DNA of 64,000 nt from an uncultured Anaerolineales bacterium (GTDB lineage Bacteria; Chloroflexota; Anaerolineae; Anaerolineales; UBA6663). Below are positions 16,714 to 26,900 of this stretch, in pieces. The notes beneath the pieces were generated by a model that saw only the letters and a program-made list of their open reading frames with translations, was not told where the DNA came from and did no database searches. The position numbers and the translations under genes are program-made. The DNA lies in contig CAZSNP010000019.1 in assembly GCA_964608265.1 (NCBI GenBank), positions 120 through 64,119 of the forward strand, read 5' to 3'. Every line of letters begins with the position of its first letter. Position 1 is the stretch's first letter.

Positions 16714-18558
16714 TCAGGTCGCGGGCCGGACGCGCCAGATTTCGAAACGCTCGTCGTCGAAGCCTTTGAGCGTGGTCTCGCCGGGTGAGGCGACCAGGCC
16801 GCTGGCCGGGTCGGCCAGCAACGCCGCCACTTCGGGGTCGTGTCGCACCGAGGTCGAGAGCACCACATCTTCACCGGTCGAAAGCTCAACCAGCCGCGAG
16901 GCCGCGTTGACGGTGGAGCCGAAGTAGTCGAACCGGTCGTTGAGGTTGACGGCGATGCACGGCCCGTAGTGGATGCCGACCTTGAGCATCAGCGGGCGCA
17001 TGGCGCGCGGCGGCGCGGCCAGCGTGCGTTGCGCGCGCATAATCGCCCGCAGCGCAAAGACCGGGTGGCGGAAGACCGCCATCACCGCGTCACCAATGTT
17101 CTTGACGATGGCGCCGTTTTCAGCCGCAATGGCCTGCTTGAGCACATCGAAGTGATTCATCACCAGCCCAAAGGCGGGCGCGTCGCCGATCTCACGATAC
17201 ATCTTCGTCGAGCCGCGCAGGTCGGTGAACAGAATCGTCATGCTGCCGACCGACACCTGCTCGCCGGGCCGGATGGCCTCGTTGGCGAACAGGTCGCGAA
17301 AGGCCTGCATGGCCGTCACGTCGGCGGCGAGCACGGCCTGATCGCCCCATTGCGTGCGTTCGAGGATGAGCAGATGCGGGCGCTCGGCGGCATTGAGCAG
17401 GTGCAGCGTGGGGCGCGGCAGCAGGCTGTGCTCTACGGCGGGCAGCGCGCCGCTGCCCACCCGCAGCACCAGCTCCGGCCGGCCCCCGTCGTGCGCGGCT
17501 ACGGTTTGCAGACCGGCCAGCTCCAGCGCGCGGAAGCGATAGCGGCCCGGCTCGAGCGCGGGCGCGAGGGTGCGTTGCTCGCCGGGCCTGAGCAATTGCT
17601 GCACGACGATGTGCGGCGTGACCTGCGGCCCGGCCACGCAGAACTCGCTCGCCACCACCGGGCGGATGGCGGGGTTTGGGTGAAACGTCAACTCCACCGA
17701 GTGCTCGAGGTTGGCGGTGAAATCAACATTGCACGTATCGCAGTGCACGACGGTTTTGCTGCTGACCTGTTGCAGCGAATCGGCGGTGAGGCGCGCGTTG
17801 CGGCAATGCGGGCAGAGCAGATCCCACTCGAAGTCGAGCAGGCCGGCGCGCGTGGCCCACAGACACAGCTCGAGGACATCACGTCGGGGCTCGCCCCACC
17901 GATCCGCCAGTTTGTAGGGGCGCAGCCGGGCGACGGTGCCGTCATCGGCGGTCTGAATCACATGCAGCAACCGATCGACATTCTCGAACTTCTGCCCGAG
18001 CTGGAGGAGCTGATCGCGCGAGGCCAGCAGCCGTTCGCGCCCGCCCGGGGCCAGCTCGGCGGCCACGCCGAGGTCGAGCCGCGTGCCGCCGCGCGCGGCG
18101 GCGGCGTCGTAGCGGCGGATGGCGCGATCCATCGCCCGCCGCGTCAAGACTCCGATTTGAACCGGGATGGCGAGCAGGCCCAGCGGACTGCTGGGCGTGG
18201 CCCAGGTCCTGTAATCGAGGTGCGTGCCGCCGCCGGCGCGCGGCGCGAGGTCAACGGTGAAGCGCAGTTCCTTGAGTGGGTTGAGGAGGGAGGGGGCGAA
18301 GCGGCGCTGCACACCGTAGCGCACCGGCCGCACCCACTCGAACGGGCTCTCGTCGTATTCGAGCGGCACGCCGTACATCCGCACCTGCAAACGGCGGTTG
18401 GCGTTTTCGAGCCGCTGCCCGGCCGGCAATTGATTGCGCACCACGCTCAGCCCGCTGTCGGCGTTCACGCGGTCGGTGTCGGCGATGAAGGGCCAGAAGG
18501 CCTCGGGCTCCGACTTCAAATCCCATTGCCAGTGGAAGTAAAAAGTGCGCATGGGCAA
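16714..18558 (-). CDS. class III adenylate/guanylate cyclase with N-terminal SRPBCC-like and Zn-ribbon-containing domains
   Basis: C-terminal cyclase core ILFTDLRGSTKMY...NIGDAVMAVF...GIHYGP. Central CPHC...CDTC pair. Confidence 0.8.
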   Translation of the reverse strand: MPMRTFYFHWQWDLKSEPEAFWPFIADTDRVNADSGLSVVRNQLPAGQRLENANRRLQVRMYGVPLEYDESPFEWVRPVRYGVQRRFAPSLLNPLKELRFTVDLAPRAGGGTHLDYRTWATPSSPLGLLAIPVQIGVLTRRAMDRAIRRYDAAAARGGTRLDLGVAAELAPGGRERLLASRDQLLQLGQKFENVDRLLHVIQTADDGTVARLRPYKLADRWGEPRRDVLELCLWATRAGLLDFEWDLLCPHCRNARLTADSLQQVSSKTVVHCDTCNVDFTANLEHSVELTFHPNPAIRPVVASEFCVAGPQVTPHIVVQQLLRPGEQRTLAPALEPGRYRFRALELAGLQTVAAHDGGRPELVLRVGSGALPAVEHSLLPRPTLHLLNAAERPHLLILERTQWGDQAVLAADVTAMQAFRDLFANEAIRPGEQVSVGSMTILFTDLRGSTKMYREIGDAPAFGLVMNHFDVLKQAIAAENGAIVKNIGDAVMAVFRHPVFALRAIMRAQRTLAAPPRAMRPLMLKVGIHYGPCIAVNLNDRFDYFGSTVNAASRLVELSTGEDVVLSTSVRHDPEVAALLADPASGLVASPGETTLKGFDDERFEIWRVRPAT

Positions 18559-18628
18559 GTGGCAGGTCGCCGGTGGCGGTCGTGGTGAGTATAAACACGC
18601 CCCGCGCTCTACGGAATACGTGACCGCG

Positions 18629-21301
18629 TTAGGGTTGCATTTCGGCCAGGTGATGGACGAAGGCAGCGAACAGCCACGCGCCCCACGGGTTGGCGGCGAA
18701 CGTCACCGGCTGGCTGCCGAGGCCGCCCTCGAAGCGCAGGGTGGTGACGAGCAAATGGCCGCTGCCCAGCGCGACCTCGACGGCGTAAGCCGACCACGTG
18801 AGTTGGCGGGCGTCGAAGCGTCGCCACGCGGCCCTCACCTCTTGGTCCCCTCTCCCAGGCGAAGAGAGGGAGAGGTGCTGCGCGAGTTGGGCTGGGTCAA
18901 CGGCGAAGTCGGTGGCGATGCTGAAGAAGCGCAGGTCGGCGTGGCCGGGGTGCGGCACGGCCTCCCATATCGGATGCGGCTCGAAGACATGGATAGCCTC
19001 GCGCCAGAAGGGCACGGAGACGGTGAAACGCGTGTCGGGCTGCACGAGCGACAGCAGCGCTCGCGCGCCATCGCGCACGCGCTCGAGCAGCGCCGCGGTC
19101 AGTTCGCCGGCGACGACGACGGCGCGCGGCGGCGCGTTGGCCGCATCCGTGAACTGCGCCGTGCCATCAACGGCCTCGAAGCGGTGGCGATAGAGCAGCG
19201 GCGGTTCGACGGCGAGCGCGGCGGGCAGCCTCGGTTTCGGCAGCGCCCATAGCGGCCATTGGTTGCGGACGTTGGCGACGCCCCGGTGGTGAGTCTCTAC
19301 GGCAACGCGCAACGTGAGTTCTATCGGCCCCTCGGCGCTCGGCGTCACAAACTCAATCGCGCCGAGTTCGGTCACCGCGCCGCCGGGCAGGTTCGCTGCC
19401 GGCAGCCGGCCCGCCGCAATCACCGCCCCGCGCGCCGCGCTGACCGACCAGGCCATTTCCCCGCTTCCCACTTCACCGCCCCCGTTCGACACCAACACGC
19501 GCAGCGCCACGCGCTCGCCCTGCCACCAGGTGTACGGGTCGCGCGGGCTGGGCCGGTCGCCGCCCTGCCAGCGCCGGCGTCGCTCGCGATCAATGCACAC
19601 CACGGCGTCGGCGTTGAAGCGCAGCCATTCGCCGGGATCGAACTTGAGTTGCAGCGCATCATCCACCACGCCGCTGGTCGCAATCGGTGTGTCACGCCAG
19701 CCGGTGACGACGTAGCCGCCGGTCGCGTTGTGCCGCCGCACCAGTTCGAGGATGTGTTTGCGGATGGCGGTGGCCTGTTTGCGCGCAATGGCCGTCAGCG
19801 CGCGGCCCCCGTCGGTGATGCCGGCTGCGGCGAGTCGCTGCCGATGCTCGCGCAGCGGGAGGTGATCGGGATGTTCAGTCGTGCCGGTGTTCAGCCACCA
19901 CGTGTCGGGCGCCAACGCCTCGAAGTCGCGGAGCGTGTCGGCGTCGCAGAACTCGCCGTACAGCCACGGCTGCGCTGCGCGATACGAACGCTGAAAGTGC
20001 TGGCTGAGCGGCTCGAAGAAATGCGGATCGGTGTAGAAGTGATAGTCGCGGAAGTCGCTCAGCGGCATCTCCACACCGCCGTACGCTTCGGCGGAGCCGC
20101 TGTTGTCGCAGATCAATACGTCCGGCAGCCACGCGCGCGCCAGGGCGTGCAGCGCGCGCAGAAAGTCGGCGTCGGCCTGGGCGTTGAGTTCGCAGCCGAG
20201 GCTGAGGATGGCCAGGCTGGGATGAGGGTGGACGCGGCGGAAGATGGCCTCGTACTCGCGCAAAGCCTGCGTTTTGAAGCCGGGCGTGACGCGCGGCAAC
20301 CACAGCGGCATCTCCAGCCACAGCGGCATACCCAGTTCATCGGCCGCGTCGAAGAAGGTTTCATCCGGCACGTACAAACAGAGCTTCCACAAATTGAAGC
20401 CGAGCGCGCGCGCCCTGGCGAAGTTCTCGCGGATCATTTCGCGTGTGAAGGCCGGCGCAACGGACTCAGGGTTCCACCCCCAATCGAGCACGCCGCGAAA
20501 GTGGAAGGGCCGGTCGTTGAAGAGCGTGGTTGCACCCTCGGCGCGCACCGAGCGAAAGCCGAGGCGACGCGTGGCCGTGGCCACGGCGCGGTCGCCGGCA
20601 AAGGCGGTGAGCGTGACCGGGACGACTCGCCCGCCTTCAGCGCCCGGCGCCCAACGGGGCACAGCGGCGAGGACGAGATCAAAGCTGAAGCGACCGCCGC
20701 TCACCTTCCCCTCGATCACGGTGTCGCCCGCCACGGCGAGGGTGAGGTGCGTGAGGGAGTCGGCGCCGGTCACAGCGCCGGAGACGCGCAACCTGCCATC
20801 GGCCTCGGCCCGCCAGCGCAAATCGGTGAACGCATGCACGTCGAAGGCGCGCAGCCGCAGCGAGCCCCACACGCCGCCGAAGGTGTTGGCGACATCGGGC
20901 AGGAAACCGGCCAATGTTTCGCGGACGGGGAAACGCCCGCCCGGTTTCCACACTTCGAGCTCGATCTCGTTGCGGCCCGGATGCACCCGCGCGGTGAGGT
21001 CGAGCTGAAACGGTGACCATAGCCCGACATGCTCGCCGGCGGGCTGGCCGTTGATGAAGACGGTCGCGTGATAGCTGATGGCGTCGGCTTCGAGGCAGAT
21101 GCGGCGGCCCGGCCAATGGGTGGGGAGCGTGAAGGTGCGGCGATAGCGGGCGGGGCCGGCGGTGCTCTTGTCGCCGAGGTGCGCCTCCCATGCCGAGGGG
21201 ACGATGAGGGGGATGGGCGCCGCCGCGCCGAGCCGAAACTCCCACTCGCCGTCGAGGCTGAGCGACTCGGCCAGCGCGTTGTGCCGGAAGGTCTGGCTCA
21301 C
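18629..21301 (-). CDS. glycoside hydrolase family 2-like protein
   Basis: SLDGEWEFRLG...YHATVFINGQPAGEHVGLWSPFQLDLT matches the GH2 N-terminal sugar-binding domain. Start trimmed to GTG 21301 (GTGA overlap with the GNAT stop). The first 117 track codons are an Arg-rich shadow. Confidence 0.7.
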   Translation of the reverse strand: MSQTFRHNALAESLSLDGEWEFRLGAAAPIPLIVPSAWEAHLGDKSTAGPARYRRTFTLPTHWPGRRICLEADAISYHATVFINGQPAGEHVGLWSPFQLDLTARVHPGRNEIELEVWKPGGRFPVRETLAGFLPDVANTFGGVWGSLRLRAFDVHAFTDLRWRAEADGRLRVSGAVTGADSLTHLTLAVAGDTVIEGKVSGGRFSFDLVLAAVPRWAPGAEGGRVVPVTLTAFAGDRAVATATRRLGFRSVRAEGATTLFNDRPFHFRGVLDWGWNPESVAPAFTREMIRENFARARALGFNLWKLCLYVPDETFFDAADELGMPLWLEMPLWLPRVTPGFKTQALREYEAIFRRVHPHPSLAILSLGCELNAQADADFLRALHALARAWLPDVLICDNSGSAEAYGGVEMPLSDFRDYHFYTDPHFFEPLSQHFQRSYRAAQPWLYGEFCDADTLRDFEALAPDTWWLNTGTTEHPDHLPLREHRQRLAAAGITDGGRALTAIARKQATAIRKHILELVRRHNATGGYVVTGWRDTPIATSGVVDDALQLKFDPGEWLRFNADAVVCIDRERRRRWQGGDRPSPRDPYTWWQGERVALRVLVSNGGGEVGSGEMAWSVSAARGAVIAAGRLPAANLPGGAVTELGAIEFVTPSAEGPIELTLRVAVETHHRGVANVRNQWPLWALPKPRLPAALAVEPPLLYRHRFEAVDGTAQFTDAANAPPRAVVVAGELTAALLERVRDGARALLSLVQPDTRFTVSVPFWREAIHVFEPHPIWEAVPHPGHADLRFFSIATDFAVDPAQLAQHLSLSSPGRGDQEVRAAWRRFDARQLTWSAYAVEVALGSGHLLVTTLRFEGGLGSQPVTFAANPWGAWLFAAFVHHLAEMQP

Positions 21302-21837
21302 TGTTTCGGTCGTTGGAGTTCGATCATCACATCCCACGCACCGGCGTTGAACTTTCGCTCCACTTTGAAGCCGCTGTGTTGGATGAAGCGCAGGATGGCT
21401 TCGTTGTTGACGTGGATGGTGGCGGTGAAGCGGCGCACGCCGTGCGCGAGCGCATACTCGACGAGACGGGACACCAGCACCTTGCCCAGCCCGCGTCGTT
21501 GATAGCCGTCCTCGACCACCACCGCAGCCTCGCCGGCGGTGGGGTTGTCCGCCTCGGTCAGGCCGTAGCGCGCCACGGCAATGATGGCCTCGTCGGCGTC
21601 GGCCCCGACGGTGGCGGCGATGGCGACTCGGGTCACGCCGTCCACATTGCATAGCCAGCGCGCCTCTTCATCGCTGATGGTGGTGCGGTATTCGAGCAGG
21701 CGATAAAAGATGCTTTCCGGCGACAAGCGGTAGAAGAAGGCTTTGATACGCTCGGTGTCGTCGGGGCGCAAAAACCGCAGCCGCACGGGTGTGCCATCGC
21801 GCAGCGAAACGGTGGCCGGTGGAAAATGCGTGTGCAT
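21298..21837 (-). CDS. GNAT-family N-acetyltransferase
   Basis: 179 aa from ATG 21837. Acetyl-CoA motif QRRGLGKVLV. The upstream part of the track ORF is shadow sequence. Confidence 0.8.
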   Translation of the reverse strand: MHTHFPPATVSLRDGTPVRLRFLRPDDTERIKAFFYRLSPESIFYRLLEYRTTISDEEARWLCNVDGVTRVAIAATVGADADEAIIAVARYGLTEADNPTAGEAAVVVEDGYQRRGLGKVLVSRLVEYALAHGVRRFTATIHVNNEAILRFIQHSGFKVERKFNAGAWDVMIELQRPKQ

Positions 21838-21990
21838 TGCGGCGATTATAGCCTCACCGCCAGTCACTTTCCCATGCGCCCCCAGCGTCCGGGCATAGCA
21901 ATTTCTCCATTCTGCATGACTTTTATCACTACCCGCCTCGGCCCCGTCCGCGCACACTTGGGCCGTAACCATGATCTGACGGAGGTGGCT

Positions 21991-22890
21991 ATGTTTCGCA
22001 ACATCCTTGTTCCGCTGGATGGCTCGGCGCTGTCGGAACGCGCCCTGGCCCCGGCGCTGAAAATCGCCGAACTCGAGGGCAGCCGGGTGACGTTGCTGCG
22101 CACGCCGGTAGTTGATATCGCCGTGCTGCCGTCGGTGGAAGTTTTCGGAAACTACAGCCTGCGCGGCCTGGACGAGGCGACGAGCCGCGCGCGCCGCGAC
22201 GCGCGGGAATATCTCGAGACTCTGCGCAAGTCTCAGGGCACGACCGGCCTCGAACTGCGGCCGGAGGTGCAGGATGGCGACCCGGCTGAGGCCATCCTCA
22301 CCGCCGCGCAGGAGAAGCACGCCGACCTGATCGCGATGTCGACACACGGCTACTCGGGCGTCACCCGCTGGATCATGGGCAGCGTCACCGAGCGCGTGTT
22401 GGCGCACGCTCCCTGCCCGGTGCTCGTCCTCCGCTCGGAGAAGCCGTTCTCGCATCTGCTCATCACCCTCGACGGCTCGGCCCTGTCTGAGAAGGCGTTA
22501 GCCCCGGCCTTTGAGATCGCCTCGGCCTACAACATCCCCGTGACGCTGTTGCGCGTCATCAACCCGGTGCCGGCGTGGCATGTCGCCGAGCTGAACGAGG
22601 TCGAGCAAGGGCTTGGCTATCGGTTGCACGAGGAGCTGGAGGCAGAGGCCGCGAACTATCTGCGCCAGCAACTGGCGGCGTACCGGTATCCGCAACTCCG
22701 GGTCGAGGTGGCGGTGCGCGCCGGCCCGCCGGCCGCCACCATCCTCGATTACGCGCAGACGCACGGCGTGGATGTGGTGGCGATGGCGACCCACGGGCGC
22801 ACCGGCACGCAGAAGTGGCTGTACGGCAGCGTCACCGAGAAGGTGCTGCGGCAAAGCCACGACTTCGCGATGCTGGTGGTGCGGGCGTAG
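21991..22890 (+). CDS. tandem-domain universal stress protein
   Basis: Two USP domains (ILVPLDGS... and LLITLDGS..., each ending G.SG..R...GSV). GGAGGTGG RBS before ATG 21991. Confidence 0.85.
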   Translation: MFRNILVPLDGSALSERALAPALKIAELEGSRVTLLRTPVVDIAVLPSVEVFGNYSLRGLDEATSRARRDAREYLETLRKSQGTTGLELRPEVQDGDPAEAILTAAQEKHADLIAMSTHGYSGVTRWIMGSVTERVLAHAPCPVLVLRSEKPFSHLLITLDGSALSEKALAPAFEIASAYNIPVTLLRVINPVPAWHVAELNEVEQGLGYRLHEELEAEAANYLRQQLAAYRYPQLRVEVAVRAGPPAATILDYAQTHGVDVVAMATHGRTGTQKWLYGSVTEKVLRQSHDFAMLVVRA

Positions 22891-23158
22891 CAGCCGCGCT
22901 ACTTTCGATTGGCGACCTAGATCAGGGCGACCTTGAGATAGGGAGCATTGCCCGCCGCAACCAGAAAATCCATCGCGGGTTCATGCTCGAGGCGAACGAT
23001 GCGCGCCGGGTGTGCGGATAACCCGGCGCGCAATTGTTTGCGGAAAGCGGCCAGCGGCATCTCGGCGGCGTTGGCGCAAGCGGCGGCGCGATTGAGCAGT
23101 CGAAACGAGTCGGCGTCGAGGTGGCGTCACTCACGCGCCGGAGTGTATGCGCAATTCG

Positions 23159-24451
23159 TCAGCGCGCGCCAAGTTGATCCAGCGTAGCCTGCGCCAGCGG
23201 AGCGTGCAGCAAATCAAAATACGGGTTGATGGTGAGCGCCTCGGTTAGCAAAGCATGCGCCCGGCCCGTATTGCCGAGGGCGTACTGAATCAGGCCGGCG
23301 TGATAGAACAACAGCGCATCGCGTGTGCCCAGCTGCATGGCCTGCTCCATCGCAGAGGCGGCCTCCTCAAAGCGTTCGTTTTTGTAGAGCGCCCAGGCCA
23401 GCGTATCGTAGCCGAAGACATCCTGGCGGGCCTCGATCTCAGCCTGCGCCAATTGCAGCGCCCTGTCCACGTCGCGGTCGTGATTGGCATAGAACAGCGC
23501 CTGCTGCCGGTTGTAGAGCACGGCGTTGGCTTCGTCGAGCCGAGCGATGGTGCTGACGATATCGTATTGCGCTTGCGCCGCTTTCACGTCGCCCAGGCGG
23601 GTGTACACATCGCCGAGGGCCGCCAAGTATTCGGGCTGTGGGATGATGGCGATGGCTTTCTCATACTGCGCGCGCGCCTCATCGAAGCGACCTTGCGCCG
23701 CCCACACTTTGCCGAGGCCGGCATAGCCCAGGGCATAGCGGTCGAAGACTTCCACCGCGGATTGATAGCGCGCCCTGGCTTCGTCCAATCGGCCGGATTT
23801 GAAGTACAACTCGCCCACCTGATAGTCATACCAGGCCAGGTTTACGCGGTCGTCACCGTTCTGCCAGGCAAGCTCGGCGGCCTGCTGCATCAGGGCCAGC
23901 GCCTCGTCGCGCTCACCCTGCAGGTCGGCCCACAGGGCGCGCCGGCTGAGGTTGGGCGGTGTCTCATCCGCCAGCGCGGCGTAAGCGGCCTCGGCCTCGG
24001 CGTAATTGCCGAGGCTGAGGTGGGCATCGCCCACGATGGCCAGCGCTTGCGGCGCGGTGCGGGGCTGATCGGCCAGAGGTTGCGCCAGCGCCAGCGCGCC
24101 CTCGAAGTCATGGGTCGCAACAAGCGTACCGGCCAATGCGAGCGTGGCGTCGGCGTTGCCGGGCACCAGTTGCAGCGAGCGGCGCAGGGCTTCTTCCGCG
24201 CGGGCATAATCGCCATAGTTGCCGCTCTCGCGAGCCTGCCGCGCATACGCTTGCCCAAGCAGCGCGTATTCCAGGGCGCTGGGCCTGGCCTGCAACCTCT
24301 GGTTCAAAAACGCCACCGTCGTCGCAGCCGGCGGCACATCCGGCGGCGTCGGGCGCGGGGCCGGCCGGCTTTGCCAATACACCAGCCCGTAAGAGAGCAC
24401 GATCAACACACCGATTCCCAACAAAACCTTGGCGGCAGTTTTCGTTTGCAT
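23159..24451 (-). CDS. membrane-anchored tetratricopeptide-repeat protein
   Basis: N-terminal TM helix, then repeated 34-aa A..Y..A/G..G..eeA TPR units along the whole protein. Confidence 0.8.
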   Translation of the reverse strand: MQTKTAAKVLLGIGVLIVLSYGLVYWQSRPAPRPTPPDVPPAATTVAFLNQRLQARPSALEYALLGQAYARQARESGNYGDYARAEEALRRSLQLVPGNADATLALAGTLVATHDFEGALALAQPLADQPRTAPQALAIVGDAHLSLGNYAEAEAAYAALADETPPNLSRRALWADLQGERDEALALMQQAAELAWQNGDDRVNLAWYDYQVGELYFKSGRLDEARARYQSAVEVFDRYALGYAGLGKVWAAQGRFDEARAQYEKAIAIIPQPEYLAALGDVYTRLGDVKAAQAQYDIVSTIARLDEANAVLYNRQQALFYANHDRDVDRALQLAQAEIEARQDVFGYDTLAWALYKNERFEEAASAMEQAMQLGTRDALLFYHAGLIQYALGNTGRAHALLTEALTINPYFDLLHAPLAQATLDQLGAR

Positions 24452-24552
24452 ACGTTTGCCTCAGGCAACACCAACCTCGATCGAAGACCTGACAGGGCGC
24501 GCGAGTCCTGTCAGGTCTCGTGAGTCTTCAACTCACGGCTGCCGGGTCACCT

Positions 24553-25644
24553 TTAGTGATTCGGCACGCCCAGGTAGGGGAAGGCGCTCAGGAACGTCGA
24601 GTCATTCGCGACGCAGTCCGTGGTGATGAGGCCCTCGGTGATCAGCCCGAGTTCGGCATCGATCACATCGTCCGCCAGGTTGCGCCCGTTGAGGAAGCCG
24701 GTCTCTTGCGAGAGGTCGGCCGTCAACAAATCGGGCAGCAGGATGTCGGCGATGGCCTGGATGGTCGCAGCGTCGTCACCCGGGTTGGGATCGGTCGCGT
24801 CATTCAGGCTGTAGAGCAGCGTCAGCGAGTTGACGATTTCGGCGCGCCACCTGGCCTGGTCGTTCTTCGGCGCGGTGAAGTTGAACTGATCCTCGAGGTT
24901 GCCCTCAGCCGTCGAGCCGGCCTCGAACGGGTTCGGCGGGATGAAGACGGTGAGGATGGCCGGGCGGCCCATGCGGTCGACGGTCTTGCCCGCCGCCTGC
25001 GTGCGGCCCCACAGCCCGACTTTGTTGTTCCCATCCAGCCACCAGGTCGGGATCTCGACCACGATGGCCGAGGTGTTGAGGCCGAGGAAGAAATCGGTGC
25101 CGAAGCCGGGCTGGCAGAATTGAGCCCCGGCGTTGAAAGCGGCCAGGTCGAAGAAGAACGGATCATCGCGCAGGCCGGCGAAGACTTTCGCGCCCTCGCC
25201 CGTGCCGCGGCCATCAATCACCTCGTCGGTCCAGCCGCGCGCGATGAGGTGGTTCGACCCCATCCCGGCCCAGCGCACGGTCACCCTCTGCTTGCCGCTG
25301 GCATTCGGCTCCGAGAAGCGAGCGGAGATGACGACTTCGGAGCGCACATCGCCGCCGAGGTCGAGGTTGAATTCGTACACTGCATCCGAGCGAAAGGTCG
25401 TGCCGCTGATGGCGCCCGCGGCCGGGTTTACGGTCATCACCATCACCGTGCGGCCGAGGTCCTGGTGACCGGGCGCGCCGGGGTGGAAGAGGTATACGTC
25501 GTTGATGTCCACCCGGCCGTCCTTCTTGGCGGTCGGCGCATCGAGGTGGTCGGCGGCCTGGCTGCGCAGCGGCGCGAGGCCAAAGGTTGCCGCCAACACC
25601 GCGGTTGCCAGCGTCAAACTGGCGAACAGCTTAGTCTTTGACAT
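24553..25644 (-). CDS. secreted DUF4331-family protein
   Basis: Signal peptide, then ADHLDAP...DINDVYLFHPG, and a C-terminal FPYLGVPNH pattern characteristic of DUF4331. Confidence 0.75.
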   Translation of the reverse strand: MSKTKLFASLTLATAVLAATFGLAPLRSQAADHLDAPTAKKDGRVDINDVYLFHPGAPGHQDLGRTVMVMTVNPAAGAISGTTFRSDAVYEFNLDLGGDVRSEVVISARFSEPNASGKQRVTVRWAGMGSNHLIARGWTDEVIDGRGTGEGAKVFAGLRDDPFFFDLAAFNAGAQFCQPGFGTDFFLGLNTSAIVVEIPTWWLDGNNKVGLWGRTQAAGKTVDRMGRPAILTVFIPPNPFEAGSTAEGNLEDQFNFTAPKNDQARWRAEIVNSLTLLYSLNDATDPNPGDDAATIQAIADILLPDLLTADLSQETGFLNGRNLADDVIDAELGLITEGLITTDCVANDSTFLSAFPYLGVPNH

Positions 25645-25995
25645 TGGGAATCATCCTTTCAGGAACTCTGGGTCATCAAACAAAGTGTCGTTGAGGTCGC
25701 AGGTCGGACTGACTGTGGGTAGCACCTCCTTTGATCACCAAACGCGCCATCGCCCGGCCGGGGCGATGGGCCTGGATTCGCGGATCCCACCAGTGCACTG
25801 TGAACACCGGGCTGGTTTGGAGTGGTTGCTTTCCAGTTCACTCAGTGTTCAATTCTCTTTACGCCAGGGTTGTGGGGCCACATCTTTTTCGCGACGAACC
25901 GGCCAAAAGAGAATCAAGGCGGCGCAACGTGCGTAGCGGGCCGCGCGCCGTGGTTGGCGTGGAGTTGCCGGCCGCCGGCGGGCCGCCGGCCTGAA

Positions 25996-26034
25996 TCAAA
26001 AAGACCCCGAAGGTCCCTGCGACCTTCGGGGTCT
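25996..26034 (-). terminator. rho-independent terminator of the sigma/anti-sigma operon
   Basis: Minus strand AGACCCCGAAGGTC-GCAGG-GACCTTCGGGGTCT followed by TTTTTG. 14-bp perfect stem. Confidence 0.85.
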
Positions 26035-26057
26035 CACTGACGTGAGAGGGTGTTGGG

Positions 26058-26900
26058 CTATGAAATCTGCCCGAGCATAACGGGCGTGGTGGTGGGGGTG
26101 AGGCTGCCGCCCTCCGGCTCGACGGTGATGCCCATGGCGTTGTAGTCCGTCGGCGGCCCGCTGCTCGTCACCCGCACCACCGCGCGGCCCCGAGCATCCA
26201 CGGTGAAGGTCTCCGCGCCGATGGGCGTCTCACCCTTGATCCACCAGAATTGATAGACCTTGCCCGGCTCCAGTTGCGGCAGGCCCGACAGGACGAGGAT
26301 GGTGGTGTTGTCGTTCGGGTCGTTGATGAGTTGGCCATAGGCCACCGACTGCGCGGCGGTGCTGGCGATGGATTTGGCCAGCGCGCCCGGCGAGACAAGA
26401 TGGGCGATGACGTCGTTTTGAGTCTGAAGTTCGCCGCGGAGCACGGCGGCCTCCTGCTTCAAAGCCTCGACCTGGGCAGCCAGCGCGGCCTGTGTGGCGT
26501 CTTGCATCTGAAGCCGGGCCACTTCGGCGTTGAGCGAAAACCCCCACGCGCCGGCCACAATCGCCAGCGCCAGCGCACCCAGCGCCAGCGCCGGTGCGAA
26601 GCGGCGCTGGATTGAGACGAGCCATTGGCCGAGGTTGAATCCGGCGCGTTCCGGCTGCGGGGCGCGGCTCTCGGCCTCAGCCCGGACGCGATTCATCAGG
26701 TTGCGCTTGAGCGACGCCGGCGGCTGCACGGGCGTGACGGCGGCCGGCAACACAGCCGCGGCGGCCATCATCTCGCGCAGCCGCGAGGCTGCCTGCGGAT
26801 CGCGGGCCACATAGGCATCAACGTCGGCGCGTTCGGCGTCGGTCAGGGTGCCGAGGGCGTAATACGGCAGCAGGTCTTCAAGTCGCTCATCCATACTCAT
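26058..26900 (-). CDS. anti-sigma factor (RskA-like, single-pass membrane)
   Basis: N-terminal LLPYYALGTLTDAERADVDAY anti-sigma motif, a central TM helix, and a C-terminal RskA-like domain. ATGA overlap with the sigma gene. Confidence 0.8.
   Translation of the reverse strand: MSMDERLEDLLPYYALGTLTDAERADVDAYVARDPQAASRLREMMAAAAVLPAAVTPVQPPASLKRNLMNRVRAEAESRAPQPERAGFNLGQWLVSIQRRFAPALALGALALAIVAGAWGFSLNAEVARLQMQDATQAALAAQVEALKQEAAVLRGELQTQNDVIAHLVSPGALAKSIASTAAQSVAYGQLINDPNDNTTILVLSGLPQLEPGKVYQFWWIKGETPIGAETFTVDARGRAVVRVTSSGPPTDYNAMGITVEPEGGSLTPTTTPVMLGQIS

Noticed and set aside
21302-21652. N-terminal 117 codons of track ORF 18629..21652 (MQCGRRDPSRHRRHRRGRRRRG...).
   Set aside because: The segment is Arg-rich and overlaps the well-supported GNAT gene in another frame. 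The GH2-like similarity begins right after GTG 21301, which forms a GTGA overlap with the GNAT stop.
22920-23134. Short minus-strand reading frame (...LDADSFRLLNRAAACANAAEMPLAAFRKQLRAGLSAHPARIVRLEHEPAMDFLVAAGNAPYLKVALI*) in the 268-nt gap between the USP and TPR genes.
   Set aside because: Codon bias looks gene-like. However, the frame is closed by TGA upstream, the only ATG gives 47 aa, and there is no RBS and no recognisable family. It may be a gene remnant or small protein; the evidence is too weak to call.
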